A DNA stretch of 64,000 nt from Eledone cirrhosa (lineage: Eukaryota), in NCBI GenBank assembly GCA_964016885.1, contig OZ024744.1:61752001-61816000 (forward strand). The letters run 5' to 3'. Positions 40,785-51,829 of this stretch are shown in pieces. The position numbers were made by a program, and so were the translations under genes. The number at the start of each line of letters is the position of its first letter. Within the stretch, counting starts at the first letter, position 1. The notes beneath the pieces are model-generated. The model searched no databases and had not been told where the DNA came from. It saw only the letters and a list, made by a program, of their open reading frames with translations.

Positions 40785-41514
40785 TTAAGAGTACGCGGTT
40801 GATTGGCTTGGAGCAGGGGGGGGGGGGGGGGCCACGCCCTCCGTGAAATTTATTTTCAACGTTTTGAATAAGTTCATTGGGACTTTAATCATTTTTAAAT
40901 GAGGTAGTCCCACAGCAGTTATAAAGTTAGGCCCTTCAGTTTGGACCGAAGGGTTTGACGAAATTGTGTTCATTAGTTCTTTGTTGTCTGTGTTCATGTA
41001 TGTATATTGTAAAGTCTTTTTTTGCGTAGCAGTTAGTGTTGTGTGACGGGGAGGGGTGGTTTGTATATTGTTTGTTTTCTCTTGGGGAGGGTTAATGTTA
41101 ATAAGTGTGTCTGTGGTGCACCTCCTCTTCTTTCTTTTTACTATTTGGAAGGGATCTTTTTCGTCTTGCGACGAAAGGGGTTCGTCTTCCTTGTTGGGTG
41201 GGAGGGGTATATTTTCTGGTAGTGTTTGCGGTGTGTGTGTTTTTGTATTTGTTTTGGGTGGGGAGGGATTGGGTGGGACAGTGTTCTGTGTTGTTTTTTC
41301 ACGTGTTTGTCGTTATTGTTGTTGTGGTGGTGGTGTTGTTAGTTTTTGTTGTTGTTGTTGTTGTTGTTGTGGTTGTTTTTGTTGTTGGGGTGGTGGTGGT
41401 GTTGGTTGTTGGTGTTGGTAGCAATGGTTTTTTCGGTGTGAGCTGGGGACAGGCAGCCCTCAGGTGACCTCTATTGCCACAGAGGTAACAGAAGGGACGC
41501 CTACCCTCCACAAT
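40785..41514 (-). pseudogene. Tx1 ORF1 C-terminal remnant (gag-like zinc knuckle, Thr/Pro-rich)
   Basis: VEGRRPFCYLCGNRGHLRAACP (CX2CX4HX4C) directly upstream of ORF2. Confidence 0.8.
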
Positions 41515-41859
41515 AATATATAGATATATAGATAGATAGATAGATAGAGAAAGAAGGAAAGAAAGAGAGAAGGGGAGATGCTCACTCAATTATACACTAC
41601 AAGAAATGTTGGCGTTTCCCATTAAAACATTTTCGAGGCAAGCCAAGGCATGGTATTACAACGGGTGATAGTGAGACTAAGGCACTGGAATAATCAAGCA
41701 CCACCATCAAGAGCAACGCCTGATACTTCAGTAAGGCGAATCCCCAACACCGCCAAACACCTCTTGATTAGGATCATTTATGAAATAGCTTCATGAATAC
41801 CCGTGGAGGATTAGTGAGGGGCCTCTAATTCTTATTTATTATTATTATCATTAACCTTT

Positions 41860-42230
41860 TCAGGTTTCACCCGGTATATTTGTTAAAAGGTAGGTGAATG
41901 AAGCGAAGATGACCCGTGTATATGAACTTGCTCTGACCATGTGCCTGTAGGCTGACTGATTTAGAGAGGAGAGAGGCAGCCTCCTAGGGTGCTCTTCGAG
42001 CGTCGGATGGTTTAGGAGTTGTGGGATTCCTAAGTTACCCCTGGGTGGTCCTCCTTCCCACTGGGGAATTTTCATTGTTGTAATTCTTTTGTTCATTGTT
42101 ATTTGTTTGTTAATTTCTTTCTACTCAATTTCAGGGACAGTGAGGGGGAGCCCTCACTGTCCCTGTCTATTGTATTGTCCCCTTTTTGTTGGCCCTTATG
42201 ACAAATAAAAAGAAATAATAATAATAATAA
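41860..42230 (+). mobile_element. Tx1-clade 3' fragment ending in (AAT)n
   Basis: SPGIFVKR*VNEAKMTRV matches the ORF2 end. Ends tgtattgtcccc...aataaaaagaa(ata)n, with an ATT-rich 5' flank. Confidence 0.7.
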
Positions 42231-42244
42231 TTGTTTCTAATAAT

Positions 42245-44160
42245 AATGCGGCCCGCACTTCCGATGTGATGGCAATGGCTTATCTCTTCCAGCAAGACTG
42301 CCCCTGCATTTCCGGCTCTCTAGCCCCACACGCACCCCTGATCTCAAAGATCACCCCATCATCTCACTCCATATCAAAATCCGCCGTCCACTTGGGTGAG
42401 CGGCGTCCCCATTGTGATCTCCACAAAGTCGGGGCATCGCTTTCATTCTCCTCTTTTTCCAAATTCGTCAAATCCACGATTCTGCATACTTCCAAGACAT
42501 GACGCGGCATTCCACCCACAGACATGTTATTTCGGGAATTTACAGTCGTTAGTGTTTCCTTTCCCTATTGAGATGTGCAGCGCACATTTGGGGGATTGAC
42601 TCATGCTTCCTCCCCCACATGATCCTTCTCTTCCACAGGTCGTTATAATAACGTGCACAGATGTCGCTCCAAGAATATTTTTTCAGCCTCCGTTGATTTC
42701 CTTCGCACACCCCGTCTTCATCTTCCTCCACATCCCCATTCGGCCGGTCCGCTGTTGACCATCGAGAGATACGTCTCCTGTCGGCAGTGTGTCAGATCCA
42801 CTGCCAATCGCTTCCAGTTGTGCTCTACTGAGAAGTTACCCGTCTCTGCACGCCCGGAGCGGGGTCGATAGTCTGACATCTGTCTCAACTCTCGACCACT
42901 TTCTGGACACTTTGTCTGGTAACGTCAGAGTCGACTTTCCTGGCTAAGAACAGGGTCCTATCCATTTCCATATGATTCATAGTATACAACCTCCTCAACT
43001 CCGAGTCATGCAGCCGACACACTGCAGCCATCCCCTTTTCCGAATCATCTAGCACTTCCAGCCAGGCTTTCTCCACCCTGATTAGGGTGTCTCACTTATT
43101 TCTTTCCGAGGGCACAAAGACCACACACAACTCCAGGCCGATGCCAGCAGTTAGCTCTCGCAGAGTTCCTAGACGGCGCTTTATTAGCATATCTGCCGTT
43201 CCTTTTGTTCGCACCCTCCTCTTACTGGTAAGCACTGATCTCACCCATCCAAGTACAGTGGCCGAATCAGTACGAATCACTATAGTGCGAGAATCACTCC
43301 TTCCAATTTGGCCACGTTGATTTGGTTGCAGTCCTCCTTCTTCTTAGGCTAAGCTGCATTCTCGACCTCAACACCCCTATTTCCAGAACGACCCCTAGTG
43401 CTATGCTGCTGGAATTACACCATACGGTCCGGTTCTCCAATTTGGCTACATACCAGCTTTCTCTTACTGGGTCCTCCACCATTACCCTCTTCATGATCTC
43501 CCACATCATGGCCACCGTCCTCTCTCCCCAGCTGACCCCGTCCGCTTGTCTTTTGATATAGCTGCATGCTATTCGGAGCCACCCCACGATAGGATAGTGG
43601 CCCACCAATTTCTCACACATCAAGAAAGTTCTCGTCCGTCCATGCCGGTGCCTGTTCTGGGGCTTCCTTTTCCCTCCGAAATAACAATGTGCCTGTCTTG
43701 TCTATTCACACCCTGAATCCCAGTGAAGCTCCTCTTTCCATCGCGTCGGTGGTTTCGCTGTTAACTCGAACCTTTCTAGGTGGCTTGAGACCTATGTTGC
43801 CGACACAACAGCCTCGTCTACCAACATATCGTCAATGTATGAATTGGTGGCCTTCTTCATCTTGTCCACTGTTCCCAGAATGACTTTGAGGACCATCGCC
43901 ATGATCTTTGGTGCCGAATTCAACCCGAACCCCAGCCTTGTCAGGCCCTTTGAATTACATTTACAGTTCATCCAAAGGGCTTCTACACAATTTCTGTCTA
44001 CCCAATTGCAAGATTTGCATACACCCTTGGCTATGTTAAATGGCACCTACCTAGGGTGCCAGGCAGTATGATTGAATCTGGGAATTTATCATCGCAAAAC
44101 GAGCTCTTAAACCATTTGGCCATGCTTGGTCAACTGAGTATGCTTTATTGCACTAGCGAA
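42245..44160 (-). pseudogene. Gypsy/Ty3 LTR-retrotransposon pol relic (RT, RNase H, integrase)
   Basis: TRLGFGLNSAP...SYIDD (RT), WCNSSSIALGV and RTDSATV (RNase H), H...RTLFLARKV and WKRLAVD (integrase), in Gypsy domain order. No LTRs seen. Confidence 0.85.
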
Positions 44161-44196
44161 CCACAGCTGCCACACGCATATATAGATAGATAGATA

Positions 44197-44628
44197 CGTT
44201 TCTTTATTAGCCACATGAGCACAAAGGAAGGGGACAAATACAAAGGGGGAAGTTTACATACAATAAAAACGTGTAAAATACTATTACAAATGCAATTTAA
44301 AAATTAATCGATTTTCCCCAATAAGGGAGACATTTCATATGGGTAACACATACCTCCGAAAAAATGTACAACGCTTTTCCTCTTTTTCCTCAACCTACAG
44401 GCCGATATAGAGAGAAGGCCCATTCACTCGGGCCATTCTCGCCACTTTCACACACCTTTCATAAAACTTGCTGGGGTACAGCACCTCTTTCTCCATCCCG
44501 ATTCTTCTTCCAAAGTGGTATTTGAAAAAAAGAATCAGTTGTTGGCCGGAGAGAAAGGTGACAGCCCTTTTAACCTCGTCCACCATTCAACCTCTTTCGC
44601 CATAGCTATCACACAATGGAAAACCGCC
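44197..44628 (-). mobile_element. 5'-truncated Tx1 copy flanked by (GATA)n
   Basis: FFKYHFGRRIGMEKEVL...KVARMARVNGPSLYIGL. (GATA)3 on the left and about 8 GATA units on the right. Confidence 0.9.
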
Positions 44629-44663
<35 letters not shown>

Positions 44664-44823
44664 GCAAAGAGAGGGGGAAGAGAGTTATTCACATTTTAGT
44701 ATTGTAAAAAAAAAAAAATAAACAAACGTAAAGAACACTGATCTCTATTTAATAGTGGTTAATGTTGAAAGTCCATTAAATTAAAGGTAATCTTGGGTTA
44801 ATTAAAACAAATTTAAAGAATAC

Positions 44824-45022
44824 CAGACTTGCCAAGCTCTAAAAACCCAAACGGGAAGTACCATGAAAAAAAAAAAGTGCCCCCAAATGGGGAGAAAGGA
44901 GGCAAAATTGGGAAATTTTACATAATGGAGGCTATTCCTATTTTCACAAGAGAAGACATTTCTCACCCAACCTAAAGTGGGTGGAAGATCTCCTCGCCGG
45001 ACGGGGTGAGTTGACAAGTCTG
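44824..45022. mobile_element. MITE with CAGACTTG(C/T)CAA TIRs
   Basis: cagacttgccaa ... ttgacaagtctg, with flanks gaatac / taatac. Confidence 0.6.
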
Positions 45023-46289
45023 TAATACTATGTAATTTTAATTTCTCTTCTTTTTTTTTAGTGTAGAAGAATTAAACAGGACCGCAAGGATAGTACAGAA
45101 TTGTATTACAATTCTTATATCGAATATTTTTAGAGGTAAACAACTGTCTGTCGTCGTGTGCAGTTGAGTGTGCACATCTCTCATCTTTTACTGTGACTAT
45201 TTTCAATTGATTTGTTTTTGTTTTGTTTTTTGTAAATCATATTCATTATATAAATTCTGTTTATATATACAAGATGTTTTAAAGAAAAGATTATTGATAT
45301 ATCTTGATATATCATGTTCTCGGCGCCTAGTCCAAGCTAAACACATCCTTAAAAGAAAAAAACAACAATAATATAATTTTGTAATTTTTAAGAAATATGA
45401 TTTCTTAAAAATGATCCTAGCAATATTTAATTTCACGAGAATCAACGGTAGATTTGTTTAAACGACCCCAAATTGTTATTATTATTTTTATTTATTTATT
45501 TATTGTTACCATAAATAATACACAAGGGTCCCATTTAGAATTTCAGTCAAGAGCCCATGAAAGCTTGGTGATAATGATTAATTAATATTATAAAGTACAA
45601 ACAAATCTTAAGAGAAAAGAAAAGAAGAAAACAAAGAGAATTGAAGGTGCCTCTCGAACGCAGACTGTCCCAAATTCTCTGCTTTAATCTATCCTCCTCT
45701 GTTTCAGGAACTGACAAACGTAGCTCCCTCCACTATAGTAGATCTTCGTCCTAACCCATGCCACTCCTGTGATAGCTTTAGCAACACAGGTGACATTTGA
45801 TGGTCTTCAAATAGCAAGATGTGCGTGGATACAGAGAACGTAATTTAGTAGTGAATTGGCAGCAATCGGCTCGGAAGGATCAACATTAGAATTCGGACGG
45901 TAAGGGGATAACGGTGGACGTAGAGGAGGGAGCTGAGTGAGCAACATTAACTCTGGCAGTGGAGCTTGGATGGGAGAGGGGGCCAGGTAGCGTTGGAGAC
46001 AGATTAGCCGTTGCAGGAGTTGTTGGGGTAAGTAAAGGGATGAACAAGACTAACTGCGTTTGAATCCGATATGTATGTGATGAAAGTAGTGGAAAACTGA
46101 AGGACGAAGGCTGATACGTTGTTACAAAATCATTTAACCACGAAGGTCTACTGGTCTCTCGATGCATAACCATATAACCTAAATTAATTTAGATTTAAAT
46201 AGTGACATTTCTTTTTAAGCTGCCCACCAATGTTTTGTTTAACCGTGTCATCGTATGGCTGACAGAGCGGATGGATGGTCATAAAAAAG

Positions 46290-47110
46290 GATTGTAGAGG
46301 ACCACACGGAAGTAGGAAGTCGGGAACAAGCCTCTTCTTCGCCCACTTATTCCTGAGAGTGTCGTGTGGGCTGAGTCCTCAAACACTCTTTCCAACGAAA
46401 GCTAAAACAGAGAAATGAATTCACAGATAATTAAATATTGTCTGTTCTGTTTTTTGTCGTGTTTCCTTTTTTCTGTGTGTGAAAGGGAAATGATAAAAGC
46501 AAGATTGTAAGAGGATTTAGTAAATATTATAGTAATAATAGTTATAAATAAATAGTCGTTCTATTAAGCTTATATTAGAGTTAGTCTTTTTTTCTCATAA
46601 ATTCGACAAGATCAGTATTGGTTTTCTTTTAACAAGCTCCGAAGCTAAATTTTGTAATGGCGAGGTATTACAATATATTACTGGTATTTAAGTAATATAT
46701 ATATATATATATATAGGTATGTGTGTGTGTATTCGTGAGTGATATATATATATATCAACATATATTATTCTGTCTATATATAGATTCTTGAAAGATGTAA
46801 GATTGTAGCTGAACTCCGTAAGTTCCTAAATATAGTAAAACACATCAGTAAACATAACCATGAAATGATCATAAAACACGTGGTTATTATCGATTTTTTA
46901 CTACCTACACTGCTCTCATTTGTAAGTGGACAGCTGTTTTGATGACGTATCTAGTTACCAACCAATAGAAATTCTATGTATTGCAGCAATGCAACTAAAT
47001 ATTGATTATGCAGTTATTGACGTCAGCACTGAAAGTTGGAATAATTACGAGCCATTTGCTTTGTTAGTTTTTACTTGGCTCAACCAATGAAGATTCCACG
47101 AGAGAAAGTT
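46290..47110. promoter_or_regulatory. Possible Pol II promoter/enhancer region
   Basis: Tandem ETS-type cggaagt-aggaagt near 46307, CRE palindrome tgacgtca at 47018-47025, CCAAT boxes near 46962 and 47084, and retained CpGs. Confidence 0.3.
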
Positions 47111-47619
47111 TTAGTTTCATTTTCAACTCTTAACTTTCTTCTCCAATAGCTCATGCGGCTACCACAATCGTATGAAAATAATGATATGGTTGGTGTGATG
47201 AAAATATTTCATAGTTTATGACAATTTTTCGAATTTGGTTATTAACATAAGTCATATGATGAACATTTTTTTAAAATAAAACAACTTGTACATATAAACA
47301 CAATTTATATAGCAGATATGGTTTACAAAAGAAACAAATGAATAGAAATTAATCAGAGAGAAAAAAAAAAAAGAAAGAAAAAGACAAGAGAAGACTCACT
47401 AAATTACATTATGGGCTTCAACTACAAAAATGTTCAAAGCAAACGAAGATGTATACCATGGCTTATAGCAAGGCTAAGGTGCTGGAATAACCAAGCACCC
47501 TCATGAACATCACCTTGTACTTCATTAAACCACAAATAGTGACAATAACCCTGACCCAGCTACTGAAAATATGTTGTTTAACATTAATTTATAGTATTTC
47601 AGTAATTTATTTTGTTTAG

Positions 47620-47733
47620 GTGAGGATGTATTGACCCCCACCTCTGCAATAGCATCTAGGATATGAAAAAGAACAAGTGATGCTGACTGTTGCACCCTAA
47701 TTGAGGCATTTACCTATAGCCTAAGAGCAATGG
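47620..47733 (+). other. Candidate non-coding exon
   Basis: tttattttgtttag| acceptor and |gtaaga donor around unique-looking sequence. Stops in all three frames. Confidence 0.25.
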
Positions 47734-47959
47734 GTAAGACCATTGAGTGACTTTTCATCAATTCTGGACCAGTTGGCTCCAGATATTGAGTTGGTCTAGA
47801 GTCTGTTTTATGATTATTTATGAGTTATTACCAAAATAGATTTTTTTTTAAATTACTTTTTTAATTATTATTATTTAGACAAGAAGAGAAAAGAATTGCA
47901 AAATTGGTTGAAGGGAGGAAAAAGGTTATTCTCAAACCAGATACATGGCCTCGATGCTT

Positions 47960-49640
47960 GCAACAGCATGTCCGGGATACTTTAACAATTCAGCAAGCCC
48001 TCCACCCTTGAACTGAAAGGATGAAAAGCAAAATCAACCTCAACAGGATTTGAACTCAGAATACAGAGAGCCTTGTACAATTACTGCAAATTACTTTATC
48101 AATTCCACCAATCCACTACACTAGATTGGTAATATATTTGACCTCTGAAAGGATGAAATACAAAGTGACCTCACTGGGATATAAATTCAGAGTACAGAGA
48201 GCCAGGACAAATTTGACACAGTTGCTGTGAACAAATAAGCTTCTAGTAGGCTCAAAGTTTGGTAGTACTGTTGATGGCGGTAGCCTAGTCTATGAGGATC
48301 TTGTAGATCTATGAGTGATGTATTTCAATTTTAGTCTAGTATCATGTCACACATTTCCCAGTAATGGTTGTATAGTTATGGAGTTTTCTTCACAACCACC
48401 AGATTCTGGTTTCAATCTCACAGAATGGCACTTTGGGCAAGTGCCTTTAACTATAACCATGGGCTGACCAATGCCTTGTGATTGAAATTTGGTAGATTGT
48501 GTTGAAGCTGATTGTGTGAGACTGTGTGTGTATCTATGTCTGTGTTTGTTTATGTCTCATAAATTAGCAGTACAACAAAAAGAGATAAAACAAATGTCAG
48601 ACTTGAAAAAAAAAGTATTAGGGTTAATATGACCAACTAAATCCTTTTAAGACAGTACTCCAGTAAAAGAGTGTGTTTTTCTGTACTAATGTTTATCCAT
48701 GAAGGCATGTGACCTCGTGGTAAGAGTGTTGGACTTACAATCGTAATGTCCTGGGCTGAGTTGCATGTTGTATTCTTGAGCAAAACACTTCATTTCATGT
48801 TGCTCCAGTATACTCTACTGAAAATGAGTACCAGTAATAGCTGGGGGTTTAACCCTGCGACGGATGGGCATCCTGTCCAGGGGCTAGTCCTGTACTCTCA
48901 GTCACTTCACGCCATGAAACCAGGATAAGCACCAGCTCAACGTGCTGCTTGCAGCGCATAAGGGCATATAAAAAAATTAATCTTTATTCTGTTTTAGTGC
49001 ATGGTCCACACTCATGCATATTGATGCAACAATGTTTCACTAACTGAGGCACTGATCCATTTGACAATGGGAGCAATGGTCTTCTGGTGATAGGTAGTGG
49101 GATTAGAACTTAGAACACAGAGGGTTGGAACAGACACTACAAGGTATATCATTCAGCACTAACAATTCTGCCAATTTGCCACTCTGAATTAATACATTAT
49201 TCATCAATTCTGAAAGGATAAGGATAAAGATCCCATAACTCCTTGTGGAGTCGTAGAGGCACTGTCATACGGTGTGTCTAGGGCACTTTTAAACCTGGTG
49301 GCGTCCAACACTCTCCAGGTCTGAACACAGCCTATTTTTCTATAGAGGAAGAATTGACCCTAGTACTGGACTGGTACTTTTCTTTTTAACTCGAAAGGAT
49401 GAAAGGCAAAGTTTACCACAGTAGGATTTAAATCTAAAACACAAAGAGCTGGAACAGATGCCACCTGACACTCTCACAACTACACCATGCTTTGGACTGA
49501 TACATTATTTATCAATTCTGAAAGGACGAAGAGCCAAATTGACTTCAGTGGGATTTGAACTCAAAGCACAGAGAGCTGAAATGAATACTGCAAAGCATTC
49601 TATCTGCTACTAGAATGCTTGTCACTCTGTAAATTCATCA
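47960..49640 (-). repeat. Cluster of decayed Nin/Deu-core SINE copies
   Basis: Recurring gaaaggatgaaa...ggatttgaactcagaa blocks near 48015, 48145, 49390 and 49520. Confidence 0.65.
48700..48965 (+). mobile_element. tRNA-derived SINE
   Basis: gaaggcatgtgacctcgtggtaagag head, ttcttgagcaaaacactt core and catcctgtccagggg...catgaaaccagg tail. Confidence 0.65.
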
Positions 49641-50043
49641 CTTTACATCATGCAATAATTTACATACTGCTCAAAAATTTGTAACTCTCTTCTATACATA
49701 AAAATTTATGACAATTGATTGGTATGTTTGATTTTACTGTACAATACTGATGAGGTCTGAAACATGTCCATAGCTGTCTCTTGCCAACAAACAAAGATCA
49801 AACTGCCCTTCCTTAATCATGTAAATTAAATTTTAAGAAATTCATTCTTAATTTCTTGAAAATATCTCCCCTTTTCTTATTTTTTTTTTTTTTTTTTTTG
49901 CTGCTTAGTTTTATTTTCTTTCTCCAAAAAGGAAAAAAAAAAGAAGAAAAAGAGGTGATTGCCTAATCAGACCAAGGAATCAATGTTGGTCTTTCTATTA
50001 CTGATACTGCCTGCCTTTCCTAACAGATGGAGTTTGGGTTTAA

Positions 50044-50263
50044 CCCTTTAATGTTCAAACTGGCCAAAACCGGCCAGAATTCTCTACCTCTTTCTGTTGA
50101 AACTGGCTGTAACTGGTCGCTCACACTGATGTTAACGTATTGTTCTCAAAATAAATACTTTCAAAATCTCATAGATTCGATATTATGTGAGATAATTATG
50201 CGAGGTAAAGCCTTTACCATGAAAATATAATAGTATATATAGAGTAATATGAATGCTAAAGGG
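50044..50263. mobile_element. piggyBac-like MITE
   Basis: TTAA|cccttta ... taaaggg|TTAA. Confidence 0.85.
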
Positions 50264-51292
50264 TTAAACTTAGAATGCACAGAGTTGGATCAGATATAAA
50301 AAATTCCATTTGAATCTTTAACAATTCCCCCAATCCACAGCAATTTATTTATTGACACCCGAAAGGATGAAAGGTAAAGTTGGCTGTGGTATGTTTTGAA
50401 CTCAGAATGCAGAAAGCCCAACACTATACTGACTCTATCAATTTACCACCAACAAAGAGTAAAATGTAGTAGTAGTAGTAATAGTAGTAGTAGCAGCAGC
50501 AGCAGCAGTAGTTGTTGTGGCTCTGCTGGCGTTGTTGTTTTGGTGGTGGTAGTAGCATATATAATAAACTTAGGAAAATTAACAAAGAGAAGACAACAAA
50601 TGAAAACAAGGTCAAGTGAAATAAAATAAAAATAAAAAAATTACAAACGAAAGACACAGAAGTCAAAGGTCTTCGGCCATCAAGATGGACTTCTGGCAGT
50701 TTCAACCCCTATCGACGGTACTGTTGGTCCACATGGTATCACAGTATCTGACAGAAGCCAAAGTACTGTCCATGGAATAAGAGACAAGAAAAAAACAATA
50801 ACTTTCAGCAATTAAGCTATAAATGTATACATAGAATTTATGTGACGACTAGGAGAAGGTATTGTGATTTTATAGCAATGATAACCTTGTGACATTGAAA
50901 CAAAGGAAGTAAAGAAAGAAAAAAGGAAGGAGAAAAAGACGAAGAAGAAAGTAAGATATTGTGTTAAAAATGTAAGCCATTGAAATTATTTGGGTTGCAA
51001 CAGACTACTCTCACCCTGCTCCCCGTGGTTACACAACTGGTTACAGTAAAGAATGCTAAGTAAGTTAAAATTCTTGGATTAACTTTTTTATGTAGTATTT
51101 TAATTTCTGTAACCTTTGAAGATCAAAATGAAATACCTTTTCATGTTTGATCAACTGGGTGTATATAATGGCCATAAAACTGTTTGATCTCAGTCAGTCT
51201 CCTACATTTACAAACAACATTATTGCTTTTATATGTCTAAACTTTCAACTCACATCACATTAAGATAATCAATAAATCTTTGTTCTTATTTT

Positions 51293-51815
51293 TAGTGGAC
51301 AAGAACTTAGATGAGGTGATGAGCAGAGTGGCCAGGCTCACCAAAGAAAATGGGCCCAGAGGAAGCCAGCCTTGAAAAGTTGGGCAGAGTTTGGGAATGT
51401 CTACTTTGTGTCTATCATTCATTACCACATGACCATTGTGTTTTGTCCCAGTTCATACCTGATGAGACAGGAGCGCATGCTTTTCTTACGTTTTGTGGAA
51501 GGGACATATTCCTCTGATCAGGTGGTTCATTTACTGCCAACACCCACTACATGAAGGACTAGGTATGGACTAAGACATGGTTGACAATACACTGAATCTG
51601 AATCATTTTCAATGTTTACCTGACAGTGAACAGGTGTGACCACCATTTGGCAGTCTTGGGTCAAGCAAAGACTAAGAGGGAGCGTTTGGCAACTGGATTT
51701 TCATCAATACTTACAATTCCTCTTTCAGTTGGGCAATGTAGTCAGTAGAAACTCTACATTAAAATTTTGTAGAGGAAAGTGACAATGTTCTTTGGCATTG
51801 ATGAAAAACATCTGG
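51293..51815 (+). mobile_element. Old Tx1 ORF2 fragment (post-RT region)
   Basis: VDKNLDEVMSRVARLT...IIHYHMTIVFCP is colinear with EKNWGEVTNRV...VIYYRLTVVPCP. Confidence 0.65.
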
Positions 51816-51829
51816 CTAGTCATAATTTT

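Larger units (their letters stand above)
36959..41514 (-). mobile_element. Near-complete L1/Tx1-clade LINE (5'-truncated in ORF1) flanked by (GATA)n
   Basis: ORF1 zinc knuckle, APE, RT, C-terminal CCHC and a 3' UTR with AATAAA. GATA tracts at 36943-36958 and about 41520-41547. Confidence 0.95.

Noticed and set aside
45886-46173. 95-aa Pro/Ser/Thr-rich ORF as a host gene
   Set aside because: No recognisable domain or exon structure, and the adjacent sequence looks like decayed transposon coding sequence.
49748-49775. Functional hammerhead ribozyme
   Set aside because: The cores are intact, but stem II is nearly absent and stem I is mismatched. Kept only as a decayed motif.
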